Shown: positions 16,980-26,476 of the stretch, piece after piece
Numbering within the stretch: position 1 is the stretch's first letter
Layout: each line of letters opens with the position of its first letter
Assembly (NCBI GenBank): GCA_019659125.1
Contig: JAIFVX010000001.1
Span: 502,097-566,096 of the forward strand
Direction: 5' to 3'
Source: Candidatus Pacearchaeota archaeon
GTDB lineage: Archaea; Nanobdellota; Nanobdellia; Pacearchaeales; GW2011-AR1
DNA length: 64,000 nucleotides
The notes under the pieces: model-generated
Seen by the model: only the letters and a program-made list of their open reading frames with translations
Database searches by the model: none
What the model was told of the DNA's origin: nothing
Program-made: the position numbers and the translations under genes

Positions 16980-19601
16980 TTAAAGATTTGGTCTTTTAAT
17001 AAACCTTGTGTCCAGAGGGCTATCCTGTCTTCTTTGCAGTTCCTGTCTGACCTTTCTGTTCTCAAAGAACTTGAAGATAGGTATCTCAAACATTCCCGTC
17101 CTCTTTCCTGCTATCTTCTTGAATGCATAGGTTATCTGCTCCCGTTTCCATCCAGAACCTATAAGTTTCTTGCGTATATCCTCATCCTTCATCTCAGAGC
17201 TTCGAGAATTGTAGATAAAGTTGATGATATTGTAAAGATCATCAGGGCTTGCAAACAAGTGGCGTTCATAATGACGTTTGTACCATTCCTGAAGGATGAT
17301 ATAAACGATTAAAAATGAAATGATGAGCACTGATATCCAGAATATGAATCCTTGTGTCTTGAAGCTTTCCTTGATCGTATCAAAAACAGGAACATCCTCT
17401 TCAATCACGAGCTTGCTAAAGTCAGGAGACATGTATGCTCCAAGATCTGCAACGCTTACTGAGTTAGGGATTGCAAATTCGATATCCTGGACCCCTGTGG
17501 AGAGCGGAATCGCAGTCGCAGCTCCATCTCCTGCAGACTCCTGCCCATAATCTTTCATGAATGTAATTTCCTCGAGAGGATAATTGATGAAGAGGTGGCT
17601 TTCATCTTCCTCCCCGAGAGGCGTGATGACAATCCTGAATTTCGTAAGCAATGTGCTCTTCCCTGAATCAGCAAATGAGGAGATCTCCTCAAACGTAGCA
17701 TCTGATTTGTAGTTGTTTGTCATCCATCGTAAGATAGCTTCCTTAAGCTTATCAGCATCATCAACGCGTGTCGAAGAAAGTGCATCAGCGTAGCTGGTGT
17801 CGAGAGCAGAAGAACCTACCGTAATAGGCAACGTTCCAGACTTTGTCGTTATGATTGCATAAGGAACATCAAGTGCAAGCAGGTCTTCGACGATTGTGAC
17901 ATACTCATCTTCATCTAAGGTATCATTCATAGAGTCCTTTATTTCTTTCAATGATTGCTCGAGAGTGGTCTTGTCAACAGTCGATTCGAGCGAATTCTGA
18001 ATCCAACTTGGATATCTCTGGATCATGCTGGAAAGATTCCCAAGCCGTGTTGAATATTGCGTTGAAAGGCGCTCTGCAGAGGCCTTTCCATTTCCTACAA
18101 CGACTTTGATATTCTTGCTCGAGGTTTTCCCATCACTCCTTGTCAAAGTAACTTTGACAGTATAGTCTCCAGGTGAAGTATATGAATGGAAGGTTTGTGT
18201 CCCACTGACACTGGTACTGCTACCATCTCCGAAGTCCCATGTCGATGATACAATATTTTCATGACTGCTTGCATTGAATGAGGTGAGCACTCCGATAAGA
18301 ACAAATCGAGGGGAAATATCAAAGCCGAATCCAACAGTAACATTGATGCCCGCATCAAAGACACTCTTGTCACCAAGTGTTATTTTCAACACCCCAACAG
18401 GAGCGGAAGGGGCCTGAATGCCTGCCTTGGCAAGGTCAATATCAAGAGTGCCTGCGCTTACTGTTGCATCTTTCATGCTTACACTTACGATAGAATCGCT
18501 TGTTGCAGGAACGCCATCGCTTTCTTCATAGGTCAATCCAACATTCTTGAACTGGATTGTCTGCGGCAACCCTGAGATGCTAATAGGAACAACACACGAA
18601 GGCTTACAGCTGTTCCCATACTGGCTGTCAATATAATCTGATATCTCATGAACAAGCTCCTGAGGAGCTTCAATATAAACAGGTCCAAATTGCAATGGCC
18701 GTGCAAATATCTCAAAATCTCTGATTGATTCACTCGCTCCAAGATTTGCTGTTCCGCAGGTTGACCCTTGTTTCTCATACCTTAACGTGTAATTCGTCGT
18801 TTGAGGAGCAGAGATGCATACGTACATTGCCTTCTGCTGGGCAAGAGGATACTCTGCATCGCATTCCAAATCCTGGATTTTTATTCCAGGCATCGGAAGC
18901 GTGCAGGTTGCAAGCACACTCTCAGGATCATCAATATCTCGAATGTCCATGTCAAGTTCTTTGCCGTTTCCTCGCAATGAGTTGATGCGCGCTCCAATCC
19001 TGAAAGCAGGACCTTGAGGAAGTGTGATCTTCTCACAGTATGGTTGCGTGCCTAGAGGTACTTCTTCATTCGCTTCCGACGCTGAACTGTTGAAGCACCC
19101 ATATCCTTTCGTGAAGCAGGTCTGGTTTGTGTATGCATTGTTGACAAGGGTGGAGTCAAGAACCTTGACTGCTATCTGGCTTGAGCATGAAGGAGCAGTG
19201 TCGCTCTCAATCGTGAATTGGGCATCTTCAACACTATTGATAACACTATCTTTGATGATAAGCCCCACTACACTTTTATTTGATAATGCCAAGGTACTCA
19301 TGCTACTGCCAGGGCTGTAAGAAGGAAGGCATCCAGGAGTGTTGCAGGTGTAATCTTCTCCTTCAACAAAATTATTGGCATTGAGCATATCAATAAGGGT
19401 AATATTCCCTCCTAGATTACTGCTAAAGATGTTGTGTGCAGGTTCATTCTGGAATGAAATTTTAAAGTTGCCCTGGATCGTGTCTCCTGCAAGGTAATTC
19501 TTTTGTATGGTATGATTGGAGAAGGTGAATGCAGCGCTACAGATAGGAAGAATAGCAAGAAATATGAAAATAGTAATGCCAAACCATCTCTTTTTTCTCA
19601 T
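16980..19601 (-). CDS. Giant membrane-anchored surface protein with a PKD domain and a ~110-aa cytoplasmic C-terminal domain
   Basis: Signal peptide MRKKRWFGITIFIFLAILPICSA. PKD signature WDFGDGSSTSVSGTQTFHSYTSPGDYTVKVTL. C-terminal TM FIFWISVLIISFLIVYIIL followed by a soluble tail. Confidence 0.75.
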   Translation of the reverse strand: MRKKRWFGITIFIFLAILPICSAAFTFSNHTIQKNYLAGDTIQGNFKISFQNEPAHNIFSSNLGGNITLIDMLNANNFVEGEDYTCNTPGCLPSYSPGSSMSTLALSNKSVVGLIIKDSVINSVEDAQFTIESDTAPSCSSQIAVKVLDSTLVNNAYTNQTCFTKGYGCFNSSASEANEEVPLGTQPYCEKITLPQGPAFRIGARINSLRGNGKELDMDIRDIDDPESVLATCTLPMPGIKIQDLECDAEYPLAQQKAMYVCISAPQTTNYTLRYEKQGSTCGTANLGASESIRDFEIFARPLQFGPVYIEAPQELVHEISDYIDSQYGNSCKPSCVVPISISGLPQTIQFKNVGLTYEESDGVPATSDSIVSVSMKDATVSAGTLDIDLAKAGIQAPSAPVGVLKITLGDKSVFDAGINVTVGFGFDISPRFVLIGVLTSFNASSHENIVSSTWDFGDGSSTSVSGTQTFHSYTSPGDYTVKVTLTRSDGKTSSKNIKVVVGNGKASAERLSTQYSTRLGNLSSMIQRYPSWIQNSLESTVDKTTLEQSLKEIKDSMNDTLDEDEYVTIVEDLLALDVPYAIITTKSGTLPITVGSSALDTSYADALSSTRVDDADKLKEAILRWMTNNYKSDATFEEISSFADSGKSTLLTKFRIVITPLGEEDESHLFINYPLEEITFMKDYGQESAGDGAATAIPLSTGVQDIEFAIPNSVSVADLGAYMSPDFSKLVIEEDVPVFDTIKESFKTQGFIFWISVLIISFLIVYIILQEWYKRHYERHLFASPDDLYNIINFIYNSRSSEMKDEDIRKKLIGSGWKREQITYAFKKIAGKRTGMFEIPIFKFFENRKVRQELQRRQDSPLDTRFIKRPNL

Positions 19602-19635
19602 GGCTCTCTAAGAATATCTTTCTTTAAAAAGATAG

Positions 19636-21951
19636 CTATTTCCTTTGAAGTTTAGCGAGGCAGTAGATGAATAGGATGATAGCAAGGGCAAGAGCCATCT
19701 GGGATGCAGAGAAAAAGGGCAATTCTATGCCTACCTGTCCGCATGGAAGATCATAGCTGTCAGCAGTATTTTCACATTCCTGTCTTACTTCATCCTGTGT
19801 GCATGTTCCTGCTACAAATTGTGAGCTTATATCTGTTCTTAGCACTCCATTGACACATTGTGTTTGGGCATCAGTAGAATACAAGCAGCTTCCGGCAGAA
19901 CAGATTCCCCCGCTCGCGTCTCCATAATCATTAACAGGCCGTGTAGATGTAGTCTTTAACCCGCAGCTTGCTTTGTCAGAATCCCAGAAGCAGGCGCATT
20001 GTTTTACTAATCCATTGGTGGTTTGCCCGCATCCAACCTGTGCCCAGAGAGGATCTTTTCCTTCAGGACCTCCCTCAAGATTGCCCACATTTGCAACATC
20101 GCTGGTGCATGAGCTGCTCTCCGTGTAATCGCTGCATTGATGGACAGGTTGTGGACTGCAACCATTAACACTGCATATCTGTCCGCTTGGGCAGCAGTCA
20201 TCACTTACACCCTGGTCATTAGCCCCTATAATTCCATCCACACCCTTGCATGCATCACTCGTCAATGTATTTCTTCGATCAAGTTCGCTCCCATCATCTC
20301 CAATTATGACAAGGGTTCTTCCTCCAATACATTGGCTACTCCCAACTAGGGTGAATGCACGCTCAGTTTCATTGGAAATAGATCGGGCATTGTAATAGAT
20401 GTTAAGCCGTATGAGCTTGTCAGAATAAATAAGTGAAGAGAGGGGATACTGCTTGAATCCTGAGACAAATTGGGAACCCTTTCCATCTCGTCGGTAATTA
20501 TCATCAAAACTCCAGTTGAAGGTGACTTCATCAAATGATGCAGGAGTACCTGAAACAGCAATGGTAAGGGCAGTGCATGCAGCAGGCGCGCTCGCCGTCT
20601 GACGAGGGCAGATACCTGCAAGGCACGTTACAGTTGGGCAGGCGTCAGAACTACGCTCAACAATGAAGCTTTCATTAGCACTGTAATTGATGGCGAGATC
20701 TTTATTACTGATGACTTGATGATGGAATGGATCATTGATGAATGCAAACAGTCCAGGACTTCCTAAGACAAGGATTGCAATCTGGGCCTCTCGCGATCTT
20801 CCATCCTCATCGGCAACATGAAGAGTGATAGTCTTCTGTCCAGGACTGCTAAGCTCATAGACAAAGCTTCTTTCCTCGCTTGTAAAATCATCTTCAAATA
20901 TGTCCCATGAGTAGTGTGTGAGTGGATGAGTTGATGATGTGCTGCTTTCGTTGAACTCTACTATATCTCCTACAAAATATATTCCTCGGTGTATGGGGTC
21001 GCTGATACGTGCCTTGATGTCATTGAAATCAAATCCCTCGATGTTATCAACCGTGAGAATCCCACTCTGAGCACTCTTATCCTCGATAGTTGCAATGAAG
21101 AAGAACTCTGCAGTTCCATCCGTATATTCAAAGAAATCATGTGCTGTCTCCATGTCGTCATCAGTTATTTTCCATTCATATACTGCCGCGCCAGAGGCAT
21201 TGGTTGTTGCTTGCACAGTATGGATATCATCAGTACCATAAATTCCATCATCTTCCTGTAGGTCTATACTGACTTCAGTTCCTTCAGGGAAACTTGTATC
21301 TGCAATAATCTTTACAGTTTTGTTAACATTGCTTTTTGTGGTAGGTATGCCTGCGAGATCGGTCCAATAGACCCTCTTGATGGTAGATGGCGTAGGGATC
21401 ACTTGCTGGCACTGAGTATTGCTCGTGCAGCTGTCAGCCTGGTTTGGCTGGGTGTTTGAAACCGGAGCGCATACATTCCCACTGCATTCGTGATGGGTAG
21501 GAATGGCTGCTGCCGATGCACTACTGCAGCACACAAGATTCGTGTAGCTTCCCCCACTAGCAAGATGGGCATTGCTTGTCCCAGAAAGGCTGGCAACCAA
21601 TCTCTCATTGGAAGTGCACGAGGCTGAAGCCCCTGAGGCAATTCTACACGCAAGATCTCCATAACAGACGCTGATAGGGTATCCTGTCACTGAAGCATGC
21701 GCATTTGCAACATCAGAGAGAGTAAGGACATTATTATTTGAGCATGCATGAGGATTTGATCCAGCATATGCTTTTCCAAAGAGAGTCTCGTATGAAATAA
21801 TGGTGGGATAGCTTTCATTCCATTGTGCTCCATGCGCATTTGTTGCACTTGAAAGCCTGAGGATTATCTGACTATCATCATTAGGAGCAGCAGAGGTTAG
21901 CGCAATGCTGAAGATGACAAGCAACGGAATAACAATGCTCACCCTGTTCAT
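19636..21951 (-). CDS. Giant Cys-rich surface protein (771 aa from ATG 21951) with N-terminal NAH repeats and a C-terminal TM anchor
   Basis: Signal peptide MNRVSIVIPLLVIFSIALTSA. Three repeats: SSATNAHGA, DVANAHASV, GTSNAHLAS. PKD-like segment WDIFEDDF...ITLHVADEDG. Many Cys. C-terminal TM ALALAIILFIYCLA. Confidence 0.7.
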   Translation of the reverse strand: MNRVSIVIPLLVIFSIALTSAAPNDDSQIILRLSSATNAHGAQWNESYPTIISYETLFGKAYAGSNPHACSNNNVLTLSDVANAHASVTGYPISVCYGDLACRIASGASASCTSNERLVASLSGTSNAHLASGGSYTNLVCCSSASAAAIPTHHECSGNVCAPVSNTQPNQADSCTSNTQCQQVIPTPSTIKRVYWTDLAGIPTTKSNVNKTVKIIADTSFPEGTEVSIDLQEDDGIYGTDDIHTVQATTNASGAAVYEWKITDDDMETAHDFFEYTDGTAEFFFIATIEDKSAQSGILTVDNIEGFDFNDIKARISDPIHRGIYFVGDIVEFNESSTSSTHPLTHYSWDIFEDDFTSEERSFVYELSSPGQKTITLHVADEDGRSREAQIAILVLGSPGLFAFINDPFHHQVISNKDLAINYSANESFIVERSSDACPTVTCLAGICPRQTASAPAACTALTIAVSGTPASFDEVTFNWSFDDNYRRDGKGSQFVSGFKQYPLSSLIYSDKLIRLNIYYNARSISNETERAFTLVGSSQCIGGRTLVIIGDDGSELDRRNTLTSDACKGVDGIIGANDQGVSDDCCPSGQICSVNGCSPQPVHQCSDYTESSSCTSDVANVGNLEGGPEGKDPLWAQVGCGQTTNGLVKQCACFWDSDKASCGLKTTSTRPVNDYGDASGGICSAGSCLYSTDAQTQCVNGVLRTDISSQFVAGTCTQDEVRQECENTADSYDLPCGQVGIELPFFSASQMALALAIILFIYCLAKLQRK

Positions 21952-21989
21952 AGCGTCTCGAGAGACAAGAACTTTATAAAGCTTTAGAG

Positions 21990-22436
21990 TTAATGGACTC
22001 TCCATAGGAATAGCTTGACTTTTTTCGGGTCATAGCTCTCAAGTGTTGAACTAATGATTCTCTCATAGGAGTACACGGCATCCGCATCGTGAGGGTATAC
22101 TGCAAGGCTGCAAAGCTCTTCAGGGTTGCATATTTTCACCGTATGATTGATGGACTGTTCTATTCTTTCTCCAACAAACCCTTCGACACGTGTAAGGATC
22201 CTTTGATTCTCTGCCTGCTGTGCAGCAGTGATGGTGGTGCTGGCGTTATATCTGATGACATCTTCTCGTATGGTCTTATTTTGGGCCATCTCATCAAGAA
22301 GTGAAGGTATCTGCTCTCCTAAATTGTTTCCTGGAGTGGTAGTCCTATTATTGGTCAAAGCCAGAAGCACCCCAAAGACGATAATGATTGCCATGCTTGC
22401 TTCAACAATTCTAAGCCATCCTTTTTTGTTTACCAT
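21990..22436 (-). CDS. Type IV pilin-like protein
   Basis: MVNKKGWLRIVEASMAIIIVFGVLLAL: basic n-region, Gly, then a hydrophobic helix with an early Glu. Confidence 0.55.
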   Translation of the reverse strand: MVNKKGWLRIVEASMAIIIVFGVLLALTNNRTTTPGNNLGEQIPSLLDEMAQNKTIREDVIRYNASTTITAAQQAENQRILTRVEGFVGERIEQSINHTVKICNPEELCSLAVYPHDADAVYSYERIISSTLESYDPKKVKLFLWRVH

Positions 22437-23122
22437 ACACTCACCACTAAATCAGAGAATTCCCGTTCGCCGTTTTCTCGTAATACCTCTACTCGAACAT
22501 TTGTAGAATAGATGTTCACACCTCCAGGAATGGGGGGCATGCTCGTGATGGTCATGTCTTGCAGTCGGATATTAAACCCAAAATCAACTCTATCAGGAAG
22601 GTTGAATTCTTTTTTGAGATCCTCGTAATGGGCAAAGTATGTCTGGTTGAGTTCTCTGATCCTTTTTTCTGACATGATATTCTCTTCTCGTGTTGATGCT
22701 AGTGAATAATATTTCTTACCTGGTTGAGCCACGACATCTGCTGGCTCTGAGCCTGCTGGCAAGTCATCAGCATATTCAAGGGTAACAAACATGTTTGGCC
22801 CGAGCTGTACATAGGTTACTCCCTGGCTCCCTATCCGTGCCTTAAGGATTCCTGAATCATCTTCAGCCCTGACTTTCCTTCCGGCAGACACCATGACGTC
22901 AATGGGGATCACATCATCTGCGTGGGAACCCTCTTCAATCCTCACCCCATAGGTCGTTACAGGAATAGTGGTGTTCTGTATGATCTCGCGTAATGAATAG
23001 GAAAGAGAAGACTCAGCAAGCCGCGAGCTTTGAGGGCTGAAGAAATAGAATCCTATGACTACGAATCCAATGAATAGTATAAATGCCAAAATAATTTCTA
23101 TATGGCTAGCCCCCTTTTTCAT
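22430..23122 (-). CDS. Type IV pilin-like protein (start at ATG 23122)
   Basis: MKKGASHIEIILAFILFIGFVVIGF carries Glu at +5 after the Gly, as in bacterial-type prepilins. TATA cgtatataaattg lies upstream. Confidence 0.55.
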   Translation of the reverse strand: MKKGASHIEIILAFILFIGFVVIGFYFFSPQSSRLAESSLSYSLREIIQNTTIPVTTYGVRIEEGSHADDVIPIDVMVSAGRKVRAEDDSGILKARIGSQGVTYVQLGPNMFVTLEYADDLPAGSEPADVVAQPGKKYYSLASTREENIMSEKRIRELNQTYFAHYEDLKKEFNLPDRVDFGFNIRLQDMTITSMPPIPGGVNIYSTNVRVEVLRENGEREFSDLVVSVW

Positions 23123-23172
23123 GAAAGAGGTGAGTAAAAACAATTTATATACGTTCCCGTCTCCATAGGGGC
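23123..23172. promoter_or_regulatory. 50-nt divergent promoter region with one near-palindromic TATA element (TTTATATA)
   Basis: caaTTTATATAcg sits roughly midway between divergent ATGs at 23122 (-) and 23173 (+). Confidence 0.5.
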
Positions 23173-23901
23173 ATGAACAAAGAATCGCTAATCCGGAAAA
23201 TAAAGGAAAAGAAGGAGCTTTCAGGTCTCTCTTCGAAAATTGTAGAGGAGGAGCTCAACAAAGAGATAAAAGGTATAGATATCAGCGTGATCTCTGAAAA
23301 AGAATCAAAAGTAATAATGAAGTCAGTCAGAGAAAAATTGAGAAAACTTACGGGAAGGTTCCAGTATACCTCAAAAAAAGAGAATATCCTTGATGCTCAT
23401 GCCTCAACAAAAGAAAGGAAAGAAGACTATCCTTTCTTGAAATCAATGCTCAAAGATTTGAATGTACAATCAATTCTTGATCTCGGATGCGGCCTCAATC
23501 CCCTTGCATTAGCAGATTCATCAATGACCTATTATGCAGTTGACATAAAGGAAGACGAACTGAAAATAATTCATGATTATTTCAAGTTAAACAATATTAA
23601 GGGGAAAGCATTTTTCTATGATGTAAGGAAAATAAAAGATGATCTTCCCAAAACCGATATCACCTTGATCCTCAAGCTTTTTGATGTCCTTGAAACCAAA
23701 GGCCATAAGCTCGCGGAGACAATGATAAACAACATTCATTCGAAATTTATTTTAATAAGCTTCTCGACAAAAACGCTTTCAGGAAAACCCATGAACCATC
23801 CTCAGCGAGGCTGGATAGAGCACCTTCTTGCACGTTTAAATTATGAATTCAAGACATTCACAACAAAGAATGAGATCTTTTATCTTGCTGAGAAATTATA
23901 A
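23173..23901 (+). CDS. ArmA/Rmt-family (FmrO) 16S rRNA (guanine1405-N7)-methyltransferase homologue
   Basis: Full-length colinear similarity to remembered ArmA/RmtB sequences: AHASTKERK (RmtB LHASTKERL), SILDLGCGLNPLAL (ArmA SILDFGCGFNPLAL), LILKLFDVLETKG (RmtB LIFKLLPLLEREQ), ILISFSTKTLSGKPMNH (ArmA FVISFPIKSLSGKEKGM). Confidence 0.8.
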   Translation: MNKESLIRKIKEKKELSGLSSKIVEEELNKEIKGIDISVISEKESKVIMKSVREKLRKLTGRFQYTSKKENILDAHASTKERKEDYPFLKSMLKDLNVQSILDLGCGLNPLALADSSMTYYAVDIKEDELKIIHDYFKLNNIKGKAFFYDVRKIKDDLPKTDITLILKLFDVLETKGHKLAETMINNIHSKFILISFSTKTLSGKPMNHPQRGWIEHLLARLNYEFKTFTTKNEIFYLAEKL

Positions 23902-24273
23902 TACAAATAAGTAGATAGCAACAATCAGACTAATTATAAAGAAGATGACAGAAATAAAAATGTAGATTTTTCCAAGTCTCTCCACATATGCTAATGCTTT
24001 TTCTTTTCCGAAGATGTCTGAAGGAGTTCCAGCTTTAACTTTGCCATGCTGAGCTACGGGACGAGCATTTGCTATACCGAAGAATTTGAAGCGAGGCCAC
24101 CACCATTTATCGGTTGTAGCACTGTTTCTAATTTTTGTATACCGAGGTGTTATCCAACTGCTAGTGGTTAAAGATTCGGAGTTTCTTAACAAATATATTC
24201 CACGGATCAATAGAATAAGGCCAATAACAGGAAACAGTACTAACACAACATATAAGTCTCCAACCCCAACCAT
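23896..24273 (-). CDS. Small membrane protein (N- and C-terminal TM helices)
   Basis: Hydrophobic ends VVLVLFPVIGLILLI and IFISVIFFIISLIVAIYLFVL. Confidence 0.5.
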   Translation of the reverse strand: MVGVGDLYVVLVLFPVIGLILLIRGIYLLRNSESLTTSSWITPRYTKIRNSATTDKWWWPRFKFFGIANARPVAQHGKVKAGTPSDIFGKEKALAYVERLGKIYIFISVIFFIISLIVAIYLFVL

Positions 24274-24305
24274 GAGACAATTAGTAATCAGTTCTTTTTA
24301 AACAT

Positions 24306-25178
24306 TTAGAAGAAATTCCTTGAGGCTTCTGCGCCGGTAGAGATTAGGAATGCTGCAATGGTAAGGATGAATGAATGCTTGATGCCTGCTTTAATGGTCC
24401 CTTCCGTGATTTTCCCGATAGTAAGTCCCGCGAAAAATCCCTGGCTTAGGAGCAGATAGAGGAATGGCCTGGCAAGATCCTGGGCAGTGATGGCTGATGT
24501 CGCTGAAGCCGCCGAAGCATCAGGGACTGAGCTCAAGGATTGTATGTTCAGACCACCAATGCCTTGTATGCCCTCTGTGAGAGGAAGGATTTTGAACTCC
24601 ATGACAAGCATGATTCCTATGAATATGAAGAAGATGATGTAACCTTGGACGACAAGATTATAGATCGCTGCCTTTCGTTCCTTCTTGAGTTTCTCAACTT
24701 CAGAGATTGCCTTGGCTGATGACTCAAGGATATAGTCTATCTCTCCCCCTGCCCGCTCAGCCTCACTGATAAGGGTTATTGCTCGATTGATGACTGGGGA
24801 ATCAACATCATAGGAGAAGTTCTGCAGCGCCTCATTGACGGGGATCCCCAGCGCTATCTGATTGGCCAATTTTGCGATAAATAAGTTCAAGGGGCCGTAG
24901 TTCTTTCGGCTCATGTTGATGATGCTCTTGCTGATAGGGGTCCCTGTAGCCACGCTTTCTGCCAGGTTTCTCGAAAACTCAAGGAACATAGCTGCTACCT
25001 CCTCTTCCCGCTGGTTCTCAAGAACAAGACCAATGATAAAAGGAAGCGCTACAATTCCCAGGGCAATCCCAAAGAGAAACAGGAAGAGGTTAGGGTCATT
25101 GAGGAAAAAGATAAGGTCTGTGCCGGCAATGATTACTGAAAAGATAATTCCAATCCAGTGCATCTTTTTTAATCTCAT
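24306..25178 (-). CDS. FlaJ/TadC-like (T2SSF-type) pilus/archaellum platform membrane protein, second half
   Basis: Polytopic membrane protein with a cytoplasmic helical T2SSF-like domain. There is a 1-nt overlap with the preceding platform ORF. Confidence 0.7.
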   Translation of the reverse strand: MRLKKMHWIGIIFSVIIAGTDLIFFLNDPNLFLFLFGIALGIVALPFIIGLVLENQREEEVAAMFLEFSRNLAESVATGTPISKSIINMSRKNYGPLNLFIAKLANQIALGIPVNEALQNFSYDVDSPVINRAITLISEAERAGGEIDYILESSAKAISEVEKLKKERKAAIYNLVVQGYIIFFIFIGIMLVMEFKILPLTEGIQGIGGLNIQSLSSVPDASAASATSAITAQDLARPFLYLLLSQGFFAGLTIGKITEGTIKAGIKHSFILTIAAFLISTGAEASRNFF

Positions 25179-26476
25179 TAGTATGTGGGCTGCTTGATCT
25201 GCAGGAATCCTATGAAGAGGATGTTTATAAGGGCAATGATGACGATGATGAGCGCAGTCATCTGAAGAGGGGAGAATCCGATATTAATTCCTGAAACCCC
25301 TATCATAACAAGGAGCAGCATGAGGATCATAGGGGCGGCAATCACGGCACTAATGTAAATGTCCATGAACGTTTCGGCAATCTTAGTGAACTTCTCCCGA
25401 TCTACCCTATACTCGTTCAGCAACGTTTCTGATCGCCTCTCAAAGTACTCTCCAAGGCTACCTCCTGAGTGGATGGTAGTTCCCAGGCCTGAAAAGACCT
25501 CTGCAAGCTTTGCACTTGGTGTTGCTTTAGCGACATTGTTTAATGCGGTGACAAGGTCATATCCATAGAGGTTGATCTGGTTGAGCACTTTCCGTATTTC
25601 TCTCCTGAGATATGGATACTCCCGGTTAAGGCCAATGATCTTGAATATCTCGGTGGGTTCAATTCCAGATCCCGAGATGGCGCTCATATGGATGACTGCA
25701 AACGGCAGCTCTTGGTCAATCCTTTTTGCAAGGGAACTCTTTTCAGTCGATGGATAAAAATAGATCGCAAAGAACGTTGCAACGGGGACGACAAACGGGA
25801 TCCATATGATGTGACTTAACCGTACAAGGTATTCTCCCGTGTACAGGCCGAGGTAAGGGGAGATGAGGCTTACCGAAAAGAAAAGTAAGAATACTGTCAG
25901 GAACAAAGAGAAGAAGATTGCAATGAATGTTGTAAGGAATATCATTGACACGTAGGTCTCGAATAATATCTCGATGTTAGCTTTCTTTATCTCGATAGAA
26001 AGCCCCTGGAAGTATCCCTTCTTTATCCATTTGACTGCAGTCTGCTGAAACATCTTATTGGCAATTCTGAAATATCCTCGTGCCCCCTTGAACTCCTCAT
26101 AGCTCTCTTTCTCAAACCTATGCTTCCTCTTGAGTTTCTTTATGACTCCCTCGCTAATACTTAATTCGTTCAGCAACTTATCTCTCGTGCTTCTCTGGAC
26201 AACAACCGTGCTGATAAGTGGAGTATCTGCTTTCCTGAACGTTACTTTTTCAAGGGGGATGCTTATGGGTTTAGTCAGGGGCTGCGGGCCGATGCCTGAA
26301 AGAAGTGAAGGTATCGATTGGTTTATGATCTTCAGGCTATTCTGTAACGATGCAAGGACGTTCTCTATAAGCCTCTGCTCTGCAGGCGGAGCCACGGTCA
26401 ATCTTCGGCTATAGTTTGAGATCTCCCGGAGCATTTCAATCTCTACATCTATATTTCTCTTGAGTTCCTCTATCAT
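25178..26476 (-). CDS. FlaJ/TadB-like (T2SSF-type) platform membrane protein, first half
   Basis: N-terminal soluble region, TM helices and a T2SSF-like helical domain (..LPFAVIHMSAISGSGIEPTEIFK..). It lies directly downstream of the secretion ATPase. Confidence 0.7.
   Translation of the reverse strand: MIEELKRNIDVEIEMLREISNYSRRLTVAPPAEQRLIENVLASLQNSLKIINQSIPSLLSGIGPQPLTKPISIPLEKVTFRKADTPLISTVVVQRSTRDKLLNELSISEGVIKKLKRKHRFEKESYEEFKGARGYFRIANKMFQQTAVKWIKKGYFQGLSIEIKKANIEILFETYVSMIFLTTFIAIFFSLFLTVFLLFFSVSLISPYLGLYTGEYLVRLSHIIWIPFVVPVATFFAIYFYPSTEKSSLAKRIDQELPFAVIHMSAISGSGIEPTEIFKIIGLNREYPYLRREIRKVLNQINLYGYDLVTALNNVAKATPSAKLAEVFSGLGTTIHSGGSLGEYFERRSETLLNEYRVDREKFTKIAETFMDIYISAVIAAPMILMLLLVMIGVSGINIGFSPLQMTALIIVIIALINILFIGFLQIKQPTY

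Noticed and set aside
24306-26476. The platform protein encoded as two ORFs, considered as a frameshifted pseudogene.
   Set aside because: The two ORFs meet with a clean 1-nt stop/start overlap. Each half has its own TM block and T2SSF-like cytoplasmic domain, like TadB/TadC pairs. I treat it as a genuine split, though read-level verification would be prudent.
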